DNA from: a virus | Lineage: Duplodnaviria; Caudoviricetes | Length of the DNA: 29,677 nt | Virus record (IMG/VR): IMGVR_UViG_3300008450_000309 | Coordinates: 1 to 29,677 of that record | Strand: one strand, 5' to 3' | Shown: one piece after another, positions 1 to 9,802 of the stretch | How the letters are laid out: every line of letters starts with the position of its first letter | Numbering within the stretch: the stretch's first letter is position 1 | The notes under the pieces: model-generated | What the model saw: the letters and a program-made list of their open reading frames with translations, nothing else | What the model was told of the DNA's origin: nothing | Database searches by the model: none | Position numbers and translations under genes: made by a program

Positions 1-1
1 A

Positions 2-3000
2 TATTGGTGTAGAAGATGATCCGCTTGTGGAAGTTGGAAGAGGCAAGGCAGATGTATTATTTGATACCCTTAAATAACTTGCTGCACCCGATCCACTTAT
101 CATTGGCTGACTTGGCCTTTGCGAAGTAGTACGAGTAATTCTAAATCCAGGATTATTTAATACAGAATATTCTTTTGATCCTTGTGGGAAATATTTATTT
201 CCAGCATAGCTCAATGCGCTACTCACAACTGCTGAAATGATTGCCATTTGCAACTGTTTTTTACGAGCTTTTTCATTTTTAGCTATTTGGTCGAGTAATT
301 CAGCGTATTCTTTTTCTTTCTGTAAGCCTTCTAAGTAAACCTTAAAAGCTTCTTCTTTGGATTGCTGAACGCGTTCAAACATTGGACTATTTTCACGCCC
401 AAAAGCAGATAAGCGAGCACTCTCAGGCTCAAGAGAAACTGTTGCGCCTCCCATGCCAAAACCGCCCATGTAGTCATATTGACCACCAGTGAAGCTTTGA
501 GTGGCAAAAGTAAGAAGTTCATTCTTGCCAGTGATTGCGCCTTGGCCATAGTCGCCAGGAGTAAAGAATCCGCCGCGACCAGTTTGCGTTGGGAAAGTTT
601 GTGGGTCAACCATGCCGCCAGCGGCATAGCCACGCATTCTGCCACTGTTAATAGCATCAAAGAAACCTTTTCCGTATTTGTTCACAGCAGACTTCTTAAC
701 AACATATTCACCGCCCATGAGCATTGCTGGAACATCATCTCTGGTTCCAGAACCTCCTTTAATAAAACCACCAGAAGCAAAACCCAAAGCACCAAATCCA
801 GTTTGCGCTAAACTTCCTAATCCTCTTGTTGCTAAATCAGCAAGATTAGAAATATTCTTACGCGTAATTTCTTGGAAGAAGGCTGTGGCCGCATCAGTAA
901 GAGCTGTTTTGAGGTCTTTTGCTCCAGAGATTGCATCATTCAATCCTTGCGCAAGATTTTGAGAGAATAGGTCTGGAATTTCTTGACCGAGTTGATTACG
1001 GAAATCTTCTGTTCTAGCTCTAAGCTTATCCATTGCTTCGTCAAAACCATAACCAAAAGATGAACGATAATCTCTTTTTTCTTGCTCCGATCTTTTTGAA
1101 AGTTCTTTTGCGCCTCTTGTTAATACGCCTTGTTTTAATAAAAACTCCCCTCTGGTTTGAGGATCGTTTAATGAATCTACAACTGATCTTAGCTGATCCC
1201 TTAATTTACCATTGTAACTATTAACTAAATCATTTATTTCTAATTCCCCTTTAAGTCTTTTTTCCATTGTTTCCAATGTTTGATCCATTGTAGCGCCTTG
1301 TAATTGGCTGGATTCATATACTTGTCTTGCAAATTCAACGAGTCTATCTTTGGCTCCCTGATTCAAGTCAAAGCCTTGTATTTCATTTTGTAATGTTTGC
1401 AAGTTATTTCCTTGGCGTATTGAGGCAACGATTTGTCTAACAAACTCACTCCCTGTTTGTAATCCACCTTGATTATTAAAAGATCGCGTAGATAAAGGAG
1501 AATAGGCAGATTTAAGATTATTGTAATAATCAAGAAGTTGTTGATTGTTACTAATACCTGCTGGAAAAGGAACACCTCTTACAGCGCCTCCTGCACCGCC
1601 TGCTAGACCATAGCCGCTTTGATTAACAAAATTTATAGCTTCATCTATTTTTTTGATAAAATCTTGCGCTAAAATACTTGTTAAGTTTTCAAGGGCTGTT
1701 GTATTTCGATTTAATTCTGCAATATTTTCTTTTGTAAAGAAGTCTCTTTCGGCAGCTATTTGTTTTTCTTGTAAATTAGCTTCTAATTCTTTAGGGCGTT
1801 TAAGGGCAAAAGCTTTACGTTCTTCTTCTTGGCGAATAAGTAATGCTTCTCTTGAACTAATTGCATAAGATGTTCGGCGTGCAATATTAGTTTCTTTATC
1901 AACATCAATCCTCTCAATTTCCCCTCTTAATTTAATAAGTGATTTTTCAGACTCAATAATTCCATCTACAAAATTAGCTAAATTATTACGATATGTATCA
2001 TAAGCTTGAGCTTCTAAAATTCTTTCTTGATTGTTGAACTGTAAAATTGCTAACTCATTATCTTGTTCTTTAATTAACCTAGAAAATGCATTCGTTGAAC
2101 TTATAACTTTATTTTTAAGTTCTTGAAACTTAGCGTTATCTAATGATACGCCAGCAGACTGTATTTGGCTCACAACATCTCTCAGAGCTTCTGCTAAACC
2201 TTTTTGATCTGTTGCTTTTCCAACAGCTTCAAACGCTTTTCGAATCGGTTCTTCTTTTTCTTGAGCAATACCTAATTCTGGCAGATAATCTTTTAATGCC
2301 GCTTGGGTTTCATTTAAAAATGTTTTTATTTTATTATTATATTCTGCATTGAATTGCTCTAATGATGAATTGATTTCAAAAGCTATTTTTGAAGAATCTC
2401 CTAAAGTAGCAAAACTCTTACTAGAAGTAATTGCACTAATTACTTTAGCTCTTCTTTGTAAATCTTGAGAAGCGTCTTCAATATCTTGAGCGCCTTGAAA
2501 AATAATGTTTTCTATTGTTCTTTTAAAGATTTGAAGTGGTTTATTAAATTCAATATTTGAAGTTTGAATTTCTAAAATTTTTGAAACTTCATCAGATTTT
2601 TTAATTAAATCTTTCACAACAGTATTTTCAAATACTTTTGATAAATCTAATTCTTCCAACCCACTAATTGAAGAGAAAGTGGTAGCTGCTTTAAAAATTC
2701 TAAAAACCTCTAATTGAGTTTCTTCTAGGAGTTTGTCTTGCGCTTCTTCCAATTTTTTTCCTTCAAGTCCTTTATCTAATCCAGTTCTTTTTTTAGAGTA
2801 AATTAAATTAAATAAACTAGACTGTGCGGATTTGAATTCCTCTGCTGTTTGACCTCCAGCTAATACTGTCGGCTTAGTGGTAATTTGTTCTTCATATTTT
2901 TTTCCAGGGCTTAGGGAAACACCTTCTCTTCCCGCCCTTAATGGATTCAATACCAAAAGAGAATTTAACACCGTGTCCATTCCTGAAGTATAATTAAGAT

Positions 3001-6000
3001 CAGTTATACCTCGTTTCACTATAGCTTTATCCGTCTGAGATAAAGAATTTGCCGCTTTATCTGCTGCATTAGTTAAAAGATCGAGCGCACCAGCAACTTT
3101 TGGACTTTTATTATAAAATAAAGAAGCTATATCATTGAAGCCTTTTCCAACTATACCAGCTAATGCAACAGCGCCAGTTGCACCACCTAATGTAGCTGTT
3201 GAAAGACGGCCCATTGTCTTTCCGTAGCCTTTTTGTAAGCTACCTATCGCTCCACCCCTTAAAGTACCAGCCGCTTCTATAGACATGCCTTTTTGAGACA
3301 ACCTCATTCGTCGTGCAGAAGATGCCAAAAGTTCGCTTTTTTCTTGTTTTGCTCTGAGTTGCGTAATTGCCTGATAAGCGAACACTGCTGACACGGCAGT
3401 TTGTAAACCTGTTGAAAATTTTTCTGCAACACTACCCGCCTCTGTAAATCCTCCTTGGAAAAATGATAATGCTGATTGTAAAACAATAAACTTACCAGCT
3501 AAATCACCAAGCCCTTTTTCAACTTTTGCAACATTTGGACTTGTAGCGTTTTGACTTGCAGCATTTTGACCTGCAACTCCACCCGCGCCTCCACCATATT
3601 GTGAAGCTCCCCCTGTAAAACTAAAGAAATTTGGTATGAATCCATTTGCCGCACCATAAAGTTTTGGATTCATGCCTTCCTTGCGTGCGCGTGAAATACC
3701 TTGAATTCCACCAAAAGGTTCGTCGCGAGTATTTGCGACCATTAATCCCATTGGATTCTGTGGTGATTTTAATGAGGGATTTTGATCAATGTAGATTTGA
3801 GAACCTGATAGCCCTGCTCTTTTTTCGCGAGTTATAGCATCTTGAAGGGCGGAAGCAGCAAAGTTTGGAATGTAGCCTAATGCGCCTTGTTGAGAACTGC
3901 TTTTAAGTTGACCGCCAGCTTTCTCCAATTGATTAATTTGTTCGGGAGTTAAGTTTATGGCTTTGAAATTTTTTCCGCTTACTTTCTGCAATTGTTCACT
4001 AAAATTACCTGGCCTAATTGTTAAAGGCGGTCCAGATATTTTTCGATGTAAATCTTTTTTTGAAGACAGCATTGGATTTCCCCTTAACTCTTCTTGATAG
4101 ATTTTTTTCGCAAAACTTTTTCTCGCATCTTTAGAAGCACTAGATTTAGCTTCAAGATAGGGAATATTTTCTTTGATACCAAATAATTGACCTATTTTTG
4201 CTGTAGCTGGAGAAACGAAATCAAATAAAGCGTTTTGATTATCGTCCCGAATTCTCTTAATAAGTTCTTCGTCGGTCAATATTGATTGGATAGCAGTTTC
4301 AAAAATAGTGCCAACTACAGAAGGGACGGAGCCAGCATTGGTTAAATTCTGTATAGAAACTGGACTAATTGGCAATCCAATCGCTTTTTCAGCGAAATTT
4401 TTAGCATCTTTAACCGCAAAAGACGTATATCTTCTCTCTAACTCATTTGATGAAAATCTTTTAAAGTAGATGTTAGAGCCGTCTTTTGCTTCCAATTTAG
4501 ACGGATCAATCCCATAAATATTAGCTTTATAAAAAACTGGTTCTTCTGCGCCTTTTGGTTTATAAGAAAAAGTTGCTCCCAAAGCTGTGTCACCTACATT
4601 ATTAGTGATTAATGCATATTTTTTTGAAAAGTCTTTAGCTTTTTCTGTAAAATTAGGTATAAATCCACCAGCCGCGCTAATCTTTTTGGCTCCAGCGGGT
4701 AAACCCATAGTTTTTACCATGTCTGGATTAAAGATGGCGGAGCCGCCACCAGCATAGTTAGGAACAATATATTCGCTAGTGTTGGCAATCATTGTGCCGC
4801 GCTTGCCGCCACCAAACGCAAAGTTTGGAATGGCAACAACTTTAGAGCTTGGCGAAGCGCCACCAACACCACGGCGAACATCCGCCGCTTCTTGTGCGGG
4901 AAGATAACCTCCAGCCGATCTTCTAGCTAATCCTTGTCCTGTTTGGCGGTATCCAGCACCATAAACTGTTCCAGCAATATTACCAGCCAAACCTTGAATG
5001 GTTTGCATGGCAGCAGCTTGTTGATTTAAAATTCCAAGAAATGCTTGTGCTTGAGCATTTTGTCCACCTTGAGTGGATAGAATTTGATTTAAAACATTTT
5101 GATTTTTTAACAAGACCTGAACAATAGATTCTTGAATCTGTTTTTGATCATTGGCCGCTTTACCAATATTAAAAAATGTTTTTAAACTTTGAACACCAAA
5201 TTTCGCCAAATCAAAAGAAAGTTTGGCAACAATGGCTAAAAACACCATCAAACCTGGACCACTCAATACAGAACCAATTCCCTTAACAATGCCTTTGGCA
5301 AATTTAGAACCAAGATCATCTCCTTGAAGAACATCGGTAACTTGTTCGATAAAATTATTAACTCCATCTAAAATATCTTTAAGATTGTCGCTCAAACCAA
5401 TTTCTCCCAATAAAGCACCAAGTTGTTTGCCTGTTGTAGCAACCTTATTTAAAATTGCATCAAGAGATTGATTAAGTCTTTCGTTGGCGTTATAGGCTTC
5501 ATTTGTAGCTTGAGCAGACTTTGCTGTTGCAGCAGCAGAAATGCTCTGCTCTTTATTTAAATCTCCAAGCAAAGAAACCAATTGGTTAAGTTGGAAAGTT
5601 CCAGCAACATCCTTAAAAATACCAGCCTGAGTCAGCTTACTCAATCCTTGAACGTCTCCAGCAAGATTTTGAAGAATTTGTCGGGCTGGCAAAACATTGC
5701 CTTGTAAGTCTTGCACCGCAATACCTAAATTTTGTAACTGTGTAAGTATTGAAGTGTCTTGTAATCGAGAAAAAATTGTTTTTAAAGCGTTACCAATAAC
5801 AGCACCACCGCGAGACGTTTCAGTTTGTAGCGCTGTAACGATACCAGCAAGTTCATCAAATGAAACACCAGCTTGTTGAGCAACGGCACCAGTTCTTTGA
5901 AATGCTTCAATTAGGTCGGCAGATGACACAGCGAAAGCTTGGTCAACTGCGGCAAGTTTATTTAAAACTTGAGTTGTAGATAATCCAGCTTTAGAGAAAG

Positions 6001-6547
6001 CATTTACGGCAGCAGTCAAGCCATCAACTGATTTTGCAGCGTCTAATCCTGTTGTTCTTGTAAGAATAAGAGCGTCTTTTGTGCGTTGAAGCGTGTCTTC
6101 CAAGCTTAAACCTTGACGAGCAAATTCGAGAGCGGCTTTAGAAACCTCTCCAAAACTTTGACCAGTTTGTTTTGCAATATCAAAAAGTCCAGTTCCTATA
6201 TCTTTTAATCCGCCTCTAAATTGATCACCCACAACAGAAATTTCTGTAAGAGCTTTCTCAACTTCAATTGTAGAGCTAACTAATGCTTTAAAAGCATTCG
6301 AGACGGCATTAACAACACCAACAGAAGCACCGAAAGCGAGCACGCGAGCATTCGCAGCATCAAGAGACTTGGTAAATTCATCAGCTTGTCCAGTTAAACG
6401 GCCAAGAGGTTGAGAAAGAGCACTGAGCGATCTTGCGCCATTTGCACCACCCAAGTTAATTCTAACAGCGTTAACAGCGTTTTGAACTTGCTGTTGTAAC
6501 TGCGTTGCATTTTGAAGTTGAGCGTTAAGAGGGACATTAATAGCCAT
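2..6547 (-). CDS. Tail tape measure protein (TP901-type N-terminal domain), 3'-truncated by the window edge, >2182 aa
   Basis: Not in the ORF track. ATG at 6547 with AAGGAATAAGGT upstream. I translated most of the frame by hand and saw no stop down to base 2. The N-terminal part has TP901-type TMP sequence (AALEFARQG, NKLAAVDQAFAVSSADLIEAFQRTGAVAQQAGVSFDELAGIV, GGAVIGNALKTIFSRL). Near 600-790 is the typical TMP module FASGGFIKGGSGTRDDVPAMLMGGEYVVKKSAVNKYG. Confidence 0.92.
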   Translation of the reverse strand, partial: MAINVPLNAQLQNATQLQQQVQNAVNAVRINLGGANGARSLSALSQPLGRLTGQADEFTKSLDAANARVLAFGASVGVVNAVSNAFKALVSSTIEVEKALTEISVVGDQFRGGLKDIGTGLFDIAKQTGQSFGEVSKAALEFARQGLSLEDTLQRTKDALILTRTTGLDAAKSVDGLTAAVNAFSKAGLSTTQVLNKLAAVDQAFAVSSADLIEAFQRTGAVAQQAGVSFDELAGIVTALQTETSRGGAVIGNALKTIFSRLQDTSILTQLQNLGIAVQDLQGNVLPARQILQNLAGDVQGLSKLTQAGIFKDVAGTFQLNQLVSLLGDLNKEQSISAAATAKSAQATNEAYNANERLNQSLDAILNKVATTGKQLGALLGEIGLSDNLKDILDGVNNFIEQVTDVLQGDDLGSKFAKGIVKGIGSVLSGPGLMVFLAIVAKLSFDLAKFGVQSLKTFFNIGKAANDQKQIQESIVQVLLKNQNVLNQILSTQGGQNAQAQAFLGILNQQAAAMQTIQGLAGNIAGTVYGAGYRQTGQGLARRSAGGYLPAQEAADVRRGVGGASPSSKVVAIPNFAFGGGKRGTMIANTSEYIVPNYAGGGSAIFNPDMVKTMGLPAGAKKISAAGGFIPNFTEKAKDFSKKYALITNNVGDTALGATFSYKPKGAEEPVFYKANIYGIDPSKLEAKDGSNIYFKRFSSNELERRYTSFAVKDAKNFAEKAIGLPISPVSIQNLTNAGSVPSVVGTIFETAIQSILTDEELIKRIRDDNQNALFDFVSPATAKIGQLFGIKENIPYLEAKSSASKDARKSFAKKIYQEELRGNPMLSSKKDLHRKISGPPLTIRPGNFSEQLQKVSGKNFKAINLTPEQINQLEKAGGQLKSSSQQGALGYIPNFAASALQDAITREKRAGLSGSQIYIDQNPSLKSPQNPMGLMVANTRDEPFGGIQGISRARKEGMNPKLYGAANGFIPNFFSFTGGASQYGGGAGGVAGQNAASQNATSPNVAKVEKGLGDLAGKFIVLQSALSFFQGGFTEAGSVAEKFSTGLQTAVSAVFAYQAITQLRAKQEKSELLASSARRMRLSQKGMSIEAAGTLRGGAIGSLQKGYGKTMGRLSTATLGGATGAVALAGIVGKGFNDIASLFYNKSPKVAGALDLLTNAADKAANSLSQTDKAIVKRGITDLNYTSGMDTVLNSLLVLNPLRAGREGVSLSPGKKYEEQITTKPTVLAGGQTAEEFKSAQSSLFNLIYSKKRTGLDKGLEGKKLEEAQDKLLEETQLEVFRIFKAATTFSSISGLEELDLSKVFENTVVKDLIKKSDEVSKILEIQTSNIEFNKPLQIFKRTIENIIFQGAQDIEDASQDLQRRAKVISAITSSKSFATLGDSSKIAFEINSSLEQFNAEYNNKIKTFLNETQAALKDYLPELGIAQEKEEPIRKAFEAVGKATDQKGLAEALRDVVSQIQSAGVSLDNAKFQELKNKVISSTNAFSRLIKEQDNELAILQFNNQERILEAQAYDTYRNNLANFVDGIIESEKSLIKLRGEIERIDVDKETNIARRTSYAISSREALLIRQEEERKAFALKRPKELEANLQEKQIAAERDFFTKENIAELNRNTTALENLTSILAQDFIKKIDEAINFVNQSGYGLAGGAGGAVRGVPFPAGISNNQQLLDYYNNLKSAYSPLSTRSFNNQGGLQTGSEFVRQIVASIRQGNNLQTLQNEIQGFDLNQGAKDRLVEFARQVYESSQLQGATMDQTLETMEKRLKGELEINDLVNSYNGKLRDQLRSVVDSLNDPQTRGEFLLKQGVLTRGAKELSKRSEQEKRDYRSSFGYGFDEAMDKLRARTEDFRNQLGQEIPDLFSQNLAQGLNDAISGAKDLKTALTDAATAFFQEITRKNISNLADLATRGLGSLAQTGFGALGFASGGFIKGGSGTRDDVPAMLMGGEYVVKKSAVNKYGKGFFDAINSGRMRGYAAGGMVDPQTFPTQTGRGGFFTPGDYGQGAITGKNELLTFATQSFTGGQYDYMGGFGMGGATVSLEPESARLSAFGRENSPMFERVQQSKEEAFKVYLEGLQKEKEYAELLDQIAKNEKARKKQLQMAIISAVVSSALSYAGNKYFPQGSKEYSVLNNPGFRITRTTSQRPSQPMISGSGAASYLRVSNNTSALPLPTSTSGSSSTPI

Positions 6548-6568
6548 ACCTTATTCCTTAAAAGGTTA

Positions 6569-6574
6569 TTACAC
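6569..6574 (-). promoter_or_regulatory. Putative late promoter motif GTGTAA for the tape measure gene; it is also the Val-stop (GTG TAA) of the upstream gene
   Basis: TTACAC on the + strand, 21 nt before the TMP ATG. The same hexamer precedes many structural genes. Confidence 0.55.
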
Positions 6575-7549
6575 CTTCTGTCCCATAACTTCCATCATTT
6601 GTTCCATATTTAATTGTCCACCATTTTTCTTCAATAGCTCGGAGAGAGACATCTTCTTTGCCTCTGGATCAACAAATTCTAAATCTTCTTTTTTCGCGCC
6701 AAAAAGAGCAGTGGCAGAATTGTCTTTTGCGGCGTTTGAAAGTTTTTCTTTATTGCGACTGCTTTCAGCAAAATCAATGAGAGCTTTGGGGTCTTTGCGA
6801 ATAGAGTCTGGAATCTTGTCAACATTCTGGAAAATGTTTAAAAACATGCGCCCATAAGCAATAATCTTTAACTGATAAAGAGAAAACCTTGTTAATGGCT
6901 TCGTGAAAAAATCCCAAGGTTTTTCACAATGCGGCAAATACAAGCTGAAACAGTCTTGCAAAACAGCGTGTTGAATATTCTCGTCGGCAAATTTATTCAT
7001 TATTCCATAATATGAATTCATGAGAGAAGAGAGTTCAGAATCGTCTAATTCTCCAAACTCATCATCAGAAAAGTGCTGCTTTTTAAACTCTGCATCAGAA
7101 TATAGGAGATTTCTTAGAAAGTCTTCGTTTGAGCGAGTATTGGCGTATTCTGTTGCTGTTTTACCAATAAGTTGTTTCTTTTGCATTTTTAATTCTAGCA
7201 ATTTAAACTTTTCTTCATCAATGAGTTTTTGATGGCTTTCCTTTTGAGATGGAAGCACAAGCTTGCTCTTGGTTTTTTCCAAGTTTTGAATATAACTCTC
7301 AGCTTCGGAAATTTTTAATTCATCATCTTTTGTCCAAGTTCCATCTCTATCTAGCCTTTCTAAAACATCTTTCTCTTCTTGAATGCCTTTTCCGACCGCA
7401 CGGTTTTTATGACGATCAAAGCTTTTATTTAAGAACTCTTGATCTTTTAAGCTAAAATGGCGCAAAAACACGGTTTGATCATTGAAATCAAACCGTGTAT
7501 ATCCATCAAAAATCTCGTTTACAATTTCTATGTAAAAATTGTCATTCAA
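6569..7549 (-). CDS. Hypothetical protein, probable tail assembly chaperone (326 aa, TTG start)
   Basis: Long helical, charged ORF directly upstream of the TMP. The TTG start overlaps the previous TGA (TTGA coupling). Function is inferred from synteny only. Confidence 0.55.
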   Translation of the reverse strand: MNDNFYIEIVNEIFDGYTRFDFNDQTVFLRHFSLKDQEFLNKSFDRHKNRAVGKGIQEEKDVLERLDRDGTWTKDDELKISEAESYIQNLEKTKSKLVLPSQKESHQKLIDEEKFKLLELKMQKKQLIGKTATEYANTRSNEDFLRNLLYSDAEFKKQHFSDDEFGELDDSELSSLMNSYYGIMNKFADENIQHAVLQDCFSLYLPHCEKPWDFFTKPLTRFSLYQLKIIAYGRMFLNIFQNVDKIPDSIRKDPKALIDFAESSRNKEKLSNAAKDNSATALFGAKKEDLEFVDPEAKKMSLSELLKKNGGQLNMEQMMEVMGQKV

Positions 7550-8364
7550 GACTTAACTTTTTTCTTTTTGGGCGCGTTCTCTTTGGGAGATTCTTCAACG
7601 ACAGCTTCGCTTTCGGTTTCGCTGTCCTCTTTATCTTCAAATAAATTGTCGAACTCTTGTTTTTGAGCACCTTGGTTATAGAACCAGAAAGCAGCGACAT
7701 TAGAAACCTTGCGAGCGATTTCAAAATAAAGTTTATCTTCTTGCTCTTCTTTTTGATAATAGTCTTCAAGACGCTCATCAAAATCTTCGCCGCTAAAATA
7801 TGGTTTTGGCTTGTCCTCTCCTTCTTTTTGAATGTAAGTGAGATTAATGATATACCAGAGAAGAAGACGGTTCTGCGCCTTCATGTCAGCAGTGTGATCA
7901 AAAAGAGACTGATAAGCCATTTCAGTTTTCACAATCTTGTCGCGAACTTTGGCCATTTCAAGGCCAAGTTCTTCAAACTTCTTTTGGCGACTTTCTTCCT
8001 TCTTGTTGATTGTTTCGTTTTCAGTGTATTCGCGCTGTAGTTCAAGAAGCTTTTGATAATTTTGATAGAGGGCTTTTGCTTCTTCCTCACTCATTAAACC
8101 TCCAGTATCAGAGTACTTTTTAACAAGCATAGCTTTGGTAAGCACGCCTTTTTTGACGCAGCGTGACATTTCCACGCTGTATTCCAAGTCAGCTTCCTCG
8201 ATTTGACGGCGCGAAGGCTTTTTAAGAAACACTTTCATGGGAGACTTTTCGCTCACCTTTTTAGTGACCTTTACCTCGTTACCCTGCTCATCTTTAGAGA
8301 CAGACTCGACTGGTTTTTCGACTGTTTCATAAACAGTAAAATTATAAATGTCTTTGAATTCCAT
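7546..8364 (-). CDS. Hypothetical protein, probable tail assembly chaperone (272 aa)
   Basis: Charged coiled-coil ORF with AAGGA RBS, two genes upstream of the TMP. Function from synteny. Confidence 0.55.
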   Translation of the reverse strand: MEFKDIYNFTVYETVEKPVESVSKDEQGNEVKVTKKVSEKSPMKVFLKKPSRRQIEEADLEYSVEMSRCVKKGVLTKAMLVKKYSDTGGLMSEEEAKALYQNYQKLLELQREYTENETINKKEESRQKKFEELGLEMAKVRDKIVKTEMAYQSLFDHTADMKAQNRLLLWYIINLTYIQKEGEDKPKPYFSGEDFDERLEDYYQKEEQEDKLYFEIARKVSNVAAFWFYNQGAQKQEFDNLFEDKEDSETESEAVVEESPKENAPKKKKVKS

Positions 8365-8379
8365 ATTCCTTGTTATATA

Positions 8380-8670
8380 TTAATCTTTAAAAACAAAACT
8401 TACAGTAAAATTATTTAATTCTGAGTCTGAGGAACGCATTGTCTCGTTGCCCAAATCCAAAATCTTTTTTCTAATATAAGACATTTTATTGTCATCGAAG
8501 TAGTCTCCCATGTTTAAAACAGAAGAATATTCCTGTGGCAAATTTTGACGAAGCTTCCTGTAGGAATCGTCGTGATCTCTTTTTAACTCTTCCACAATTC
8601 GCAGGAATTGCTTAAAGAGATTTGTAGTGTTGTCGTTATAACGACGAGATAAGATTTTTTTCGCGTTCAT
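8380..8670 (-). CDS. Hypothetical protein (96 aa)
   Basis: Fills the gap between neighbours, ATG preceded by TAAGG, phage-like codon usage. Confidence 0.75.
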   Translation of the reverse strand: MNAKKILSRRYNDNTTNLFKQFLRIVEELKRDHDDSYRKLRQNLPQEYSSVLNMGDYFDDNKMSYIRKKILDLGNETMRSSDSELNNFTVSFVFKD

Positions 8671-8700
8671 GCCTTATACCTAATTATAATAAAACAATAA

Positions 8701-8706
8701 GTGTAA
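8701..8706 (+). promoter_or_regulatory. Putative late promoter motif GTGTAA for the neck operon
   Basis: Lies in the divergent intergenic gap, 11 nt before ATG 8718, with no SD. Confidence 0.6.
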
Positions 8707-8717
8707 AAATAAATAAT

Positions 8718-9179
8718 ATGGCTGGATTTTTATCACAAAACCAAAAAAATAACATTAAATCAATCATTGATCAAATCCACGACACTTTTGCTCGCGAGAT
8801 TACTGTTTTCAAAATTGGGCAAAGAACTGTGATTGCTTCCTCGCCAACTTACAATGCTCTTTATCGTCAGCAATCTTCCAATACCAGCACTACAGAGGTT
8901 TCCCAAACTTTCCAAGCAAGAATTAAATATGTGGAAATGAACGAAGAGCTTCTGCAAGACTCTTCATCTAATTCTTCTTATTCCTCTGGTCAAGATAAAA
9001 TTATTCTTCCTGCTGGAACCGTAAAAATTAAAGTAAATTTAGAAGGCTACGAATATGTTCGCGAAGCAAAAAGAGTTGAACTTGATGGGCGGCGTTTTTC
9101 CATCAAGAGCGATGGCAAACCGCTTGGCATGTTTGGGCCGCAATATTATGAGTTTATTTTAATTCCAATGGACGAATAA
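8718..9179 (+). CDS. Probable head-closure/neck protein (153 aa)
   Basis: First gene of a coupled operon ending in the tail tube. Its beta-rich C-terminus (RVELDGRRFSIKSD...YYEFILIP) resembles head-closure proteins. Confidence 0.55.
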   Translation: MAGFLSQNQKNNIKSIIDQIHDTFAREITVFKIGQRTVIASSPTYNALYRQQSSNTSTTEVSQTFQARIKYVEMNEELLQDSSSNSSYSSGQDKIILPAGTVKIKVNLEGYEYVREAKRVELDGRRFSIKSDGKPLGMFGPQYYEFILIPMDE

Positions 9180-9802
9180 TGGCTAAAAAAGCAACATCAA
9201 GAAGCCTTCAAAAACAACTAACAAACTTTGTTGTTCGCGAAATTGTTAAGAAAAATAAGAGAGCTTTCCAGCAGAGAATCACTGATGCTTTTAATAAAAT
9301 CAAGCAAGAAATGCTTGAGGAATTTTTACTGCATCCAGTTTCAATTGAAATTGTGGGTGGACCAAGCGCACAAAACTCTAGCGGCACCTTGAATGGTTAT
9401 GGTAATCTTTTTTCTTTTATTGGTTTTAATGAGGGCGATTCTCCGCTAGACTCAATCGTAGATGTTTTACAGTCAGCCAGAATAGAGCTTGATCGAGAAA
9501 CCGATACTGGGTTTTTAATGAAAATTCTTATACCTTCCAAGGAAGATATTTTTTCTGTGACTCCGATGCCTTGGGCAAGCGGACGCAGTTGGGCAGAGGG
9601 CATTGAGCGCGGCATTTCTGGCTTTGGCTATTATTTAAATATTAATTCCAATAATAGTCGTTCAGGAGCGGGTATTGAAACCGAAAGTGTAATTAGAAAA
9701 GGTAAGTTTAAAAATACTCCGTATATTTCTGCCCTCATAAATAAATATGCTAAAAGGTTCCAACAAATTAACAATACTGTAGTTTTGACAGGTATTCTAT
9801 GA
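9179..9802 (+). CDS. Probable neck/tail-completion protein (207 aa)
   Basis: Coupled to both neighbours (TAATG, ATGA). Position between head-closure-like and terminator-like genes. Confidence 0.5.
   Translation: MAKKATSRSLQKQLTNFVVREIVKKNKRAFQQRITDAFNKIKQEMLEEFLLHPVSIEIVGGPSAQNSSGTLNGYGNLFSFIGFNEGDSPLDSIVDVLQSARIELDRETDTGFLMKILIPSKEDIFSVTPMPWASGRSWAEGIERGISGFGYYLNINSNNSRSGAGIETESVIRKGKFKNTPYISALINKYAKRFQQINNTVVLTGIL

Noticed and set aside
331-5879. Short ORFs listed by the track in the first 6 kb
   Set aside because: All are antisense or alternate-frame shadows of the continuous tape-measure ORF.
7546-7572. Lambda G/GT-style -1 frameshift between the two chaperone-like genes (CCC AAA AAG AAA AAA slippery run; the next gene is in the -1 frame)
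   Set aside because: The -1 frame reads ...AGT TAA immediately after the A-run, so a shift there terminates. TTG re-initiation at the TTGA overlap is simpler.
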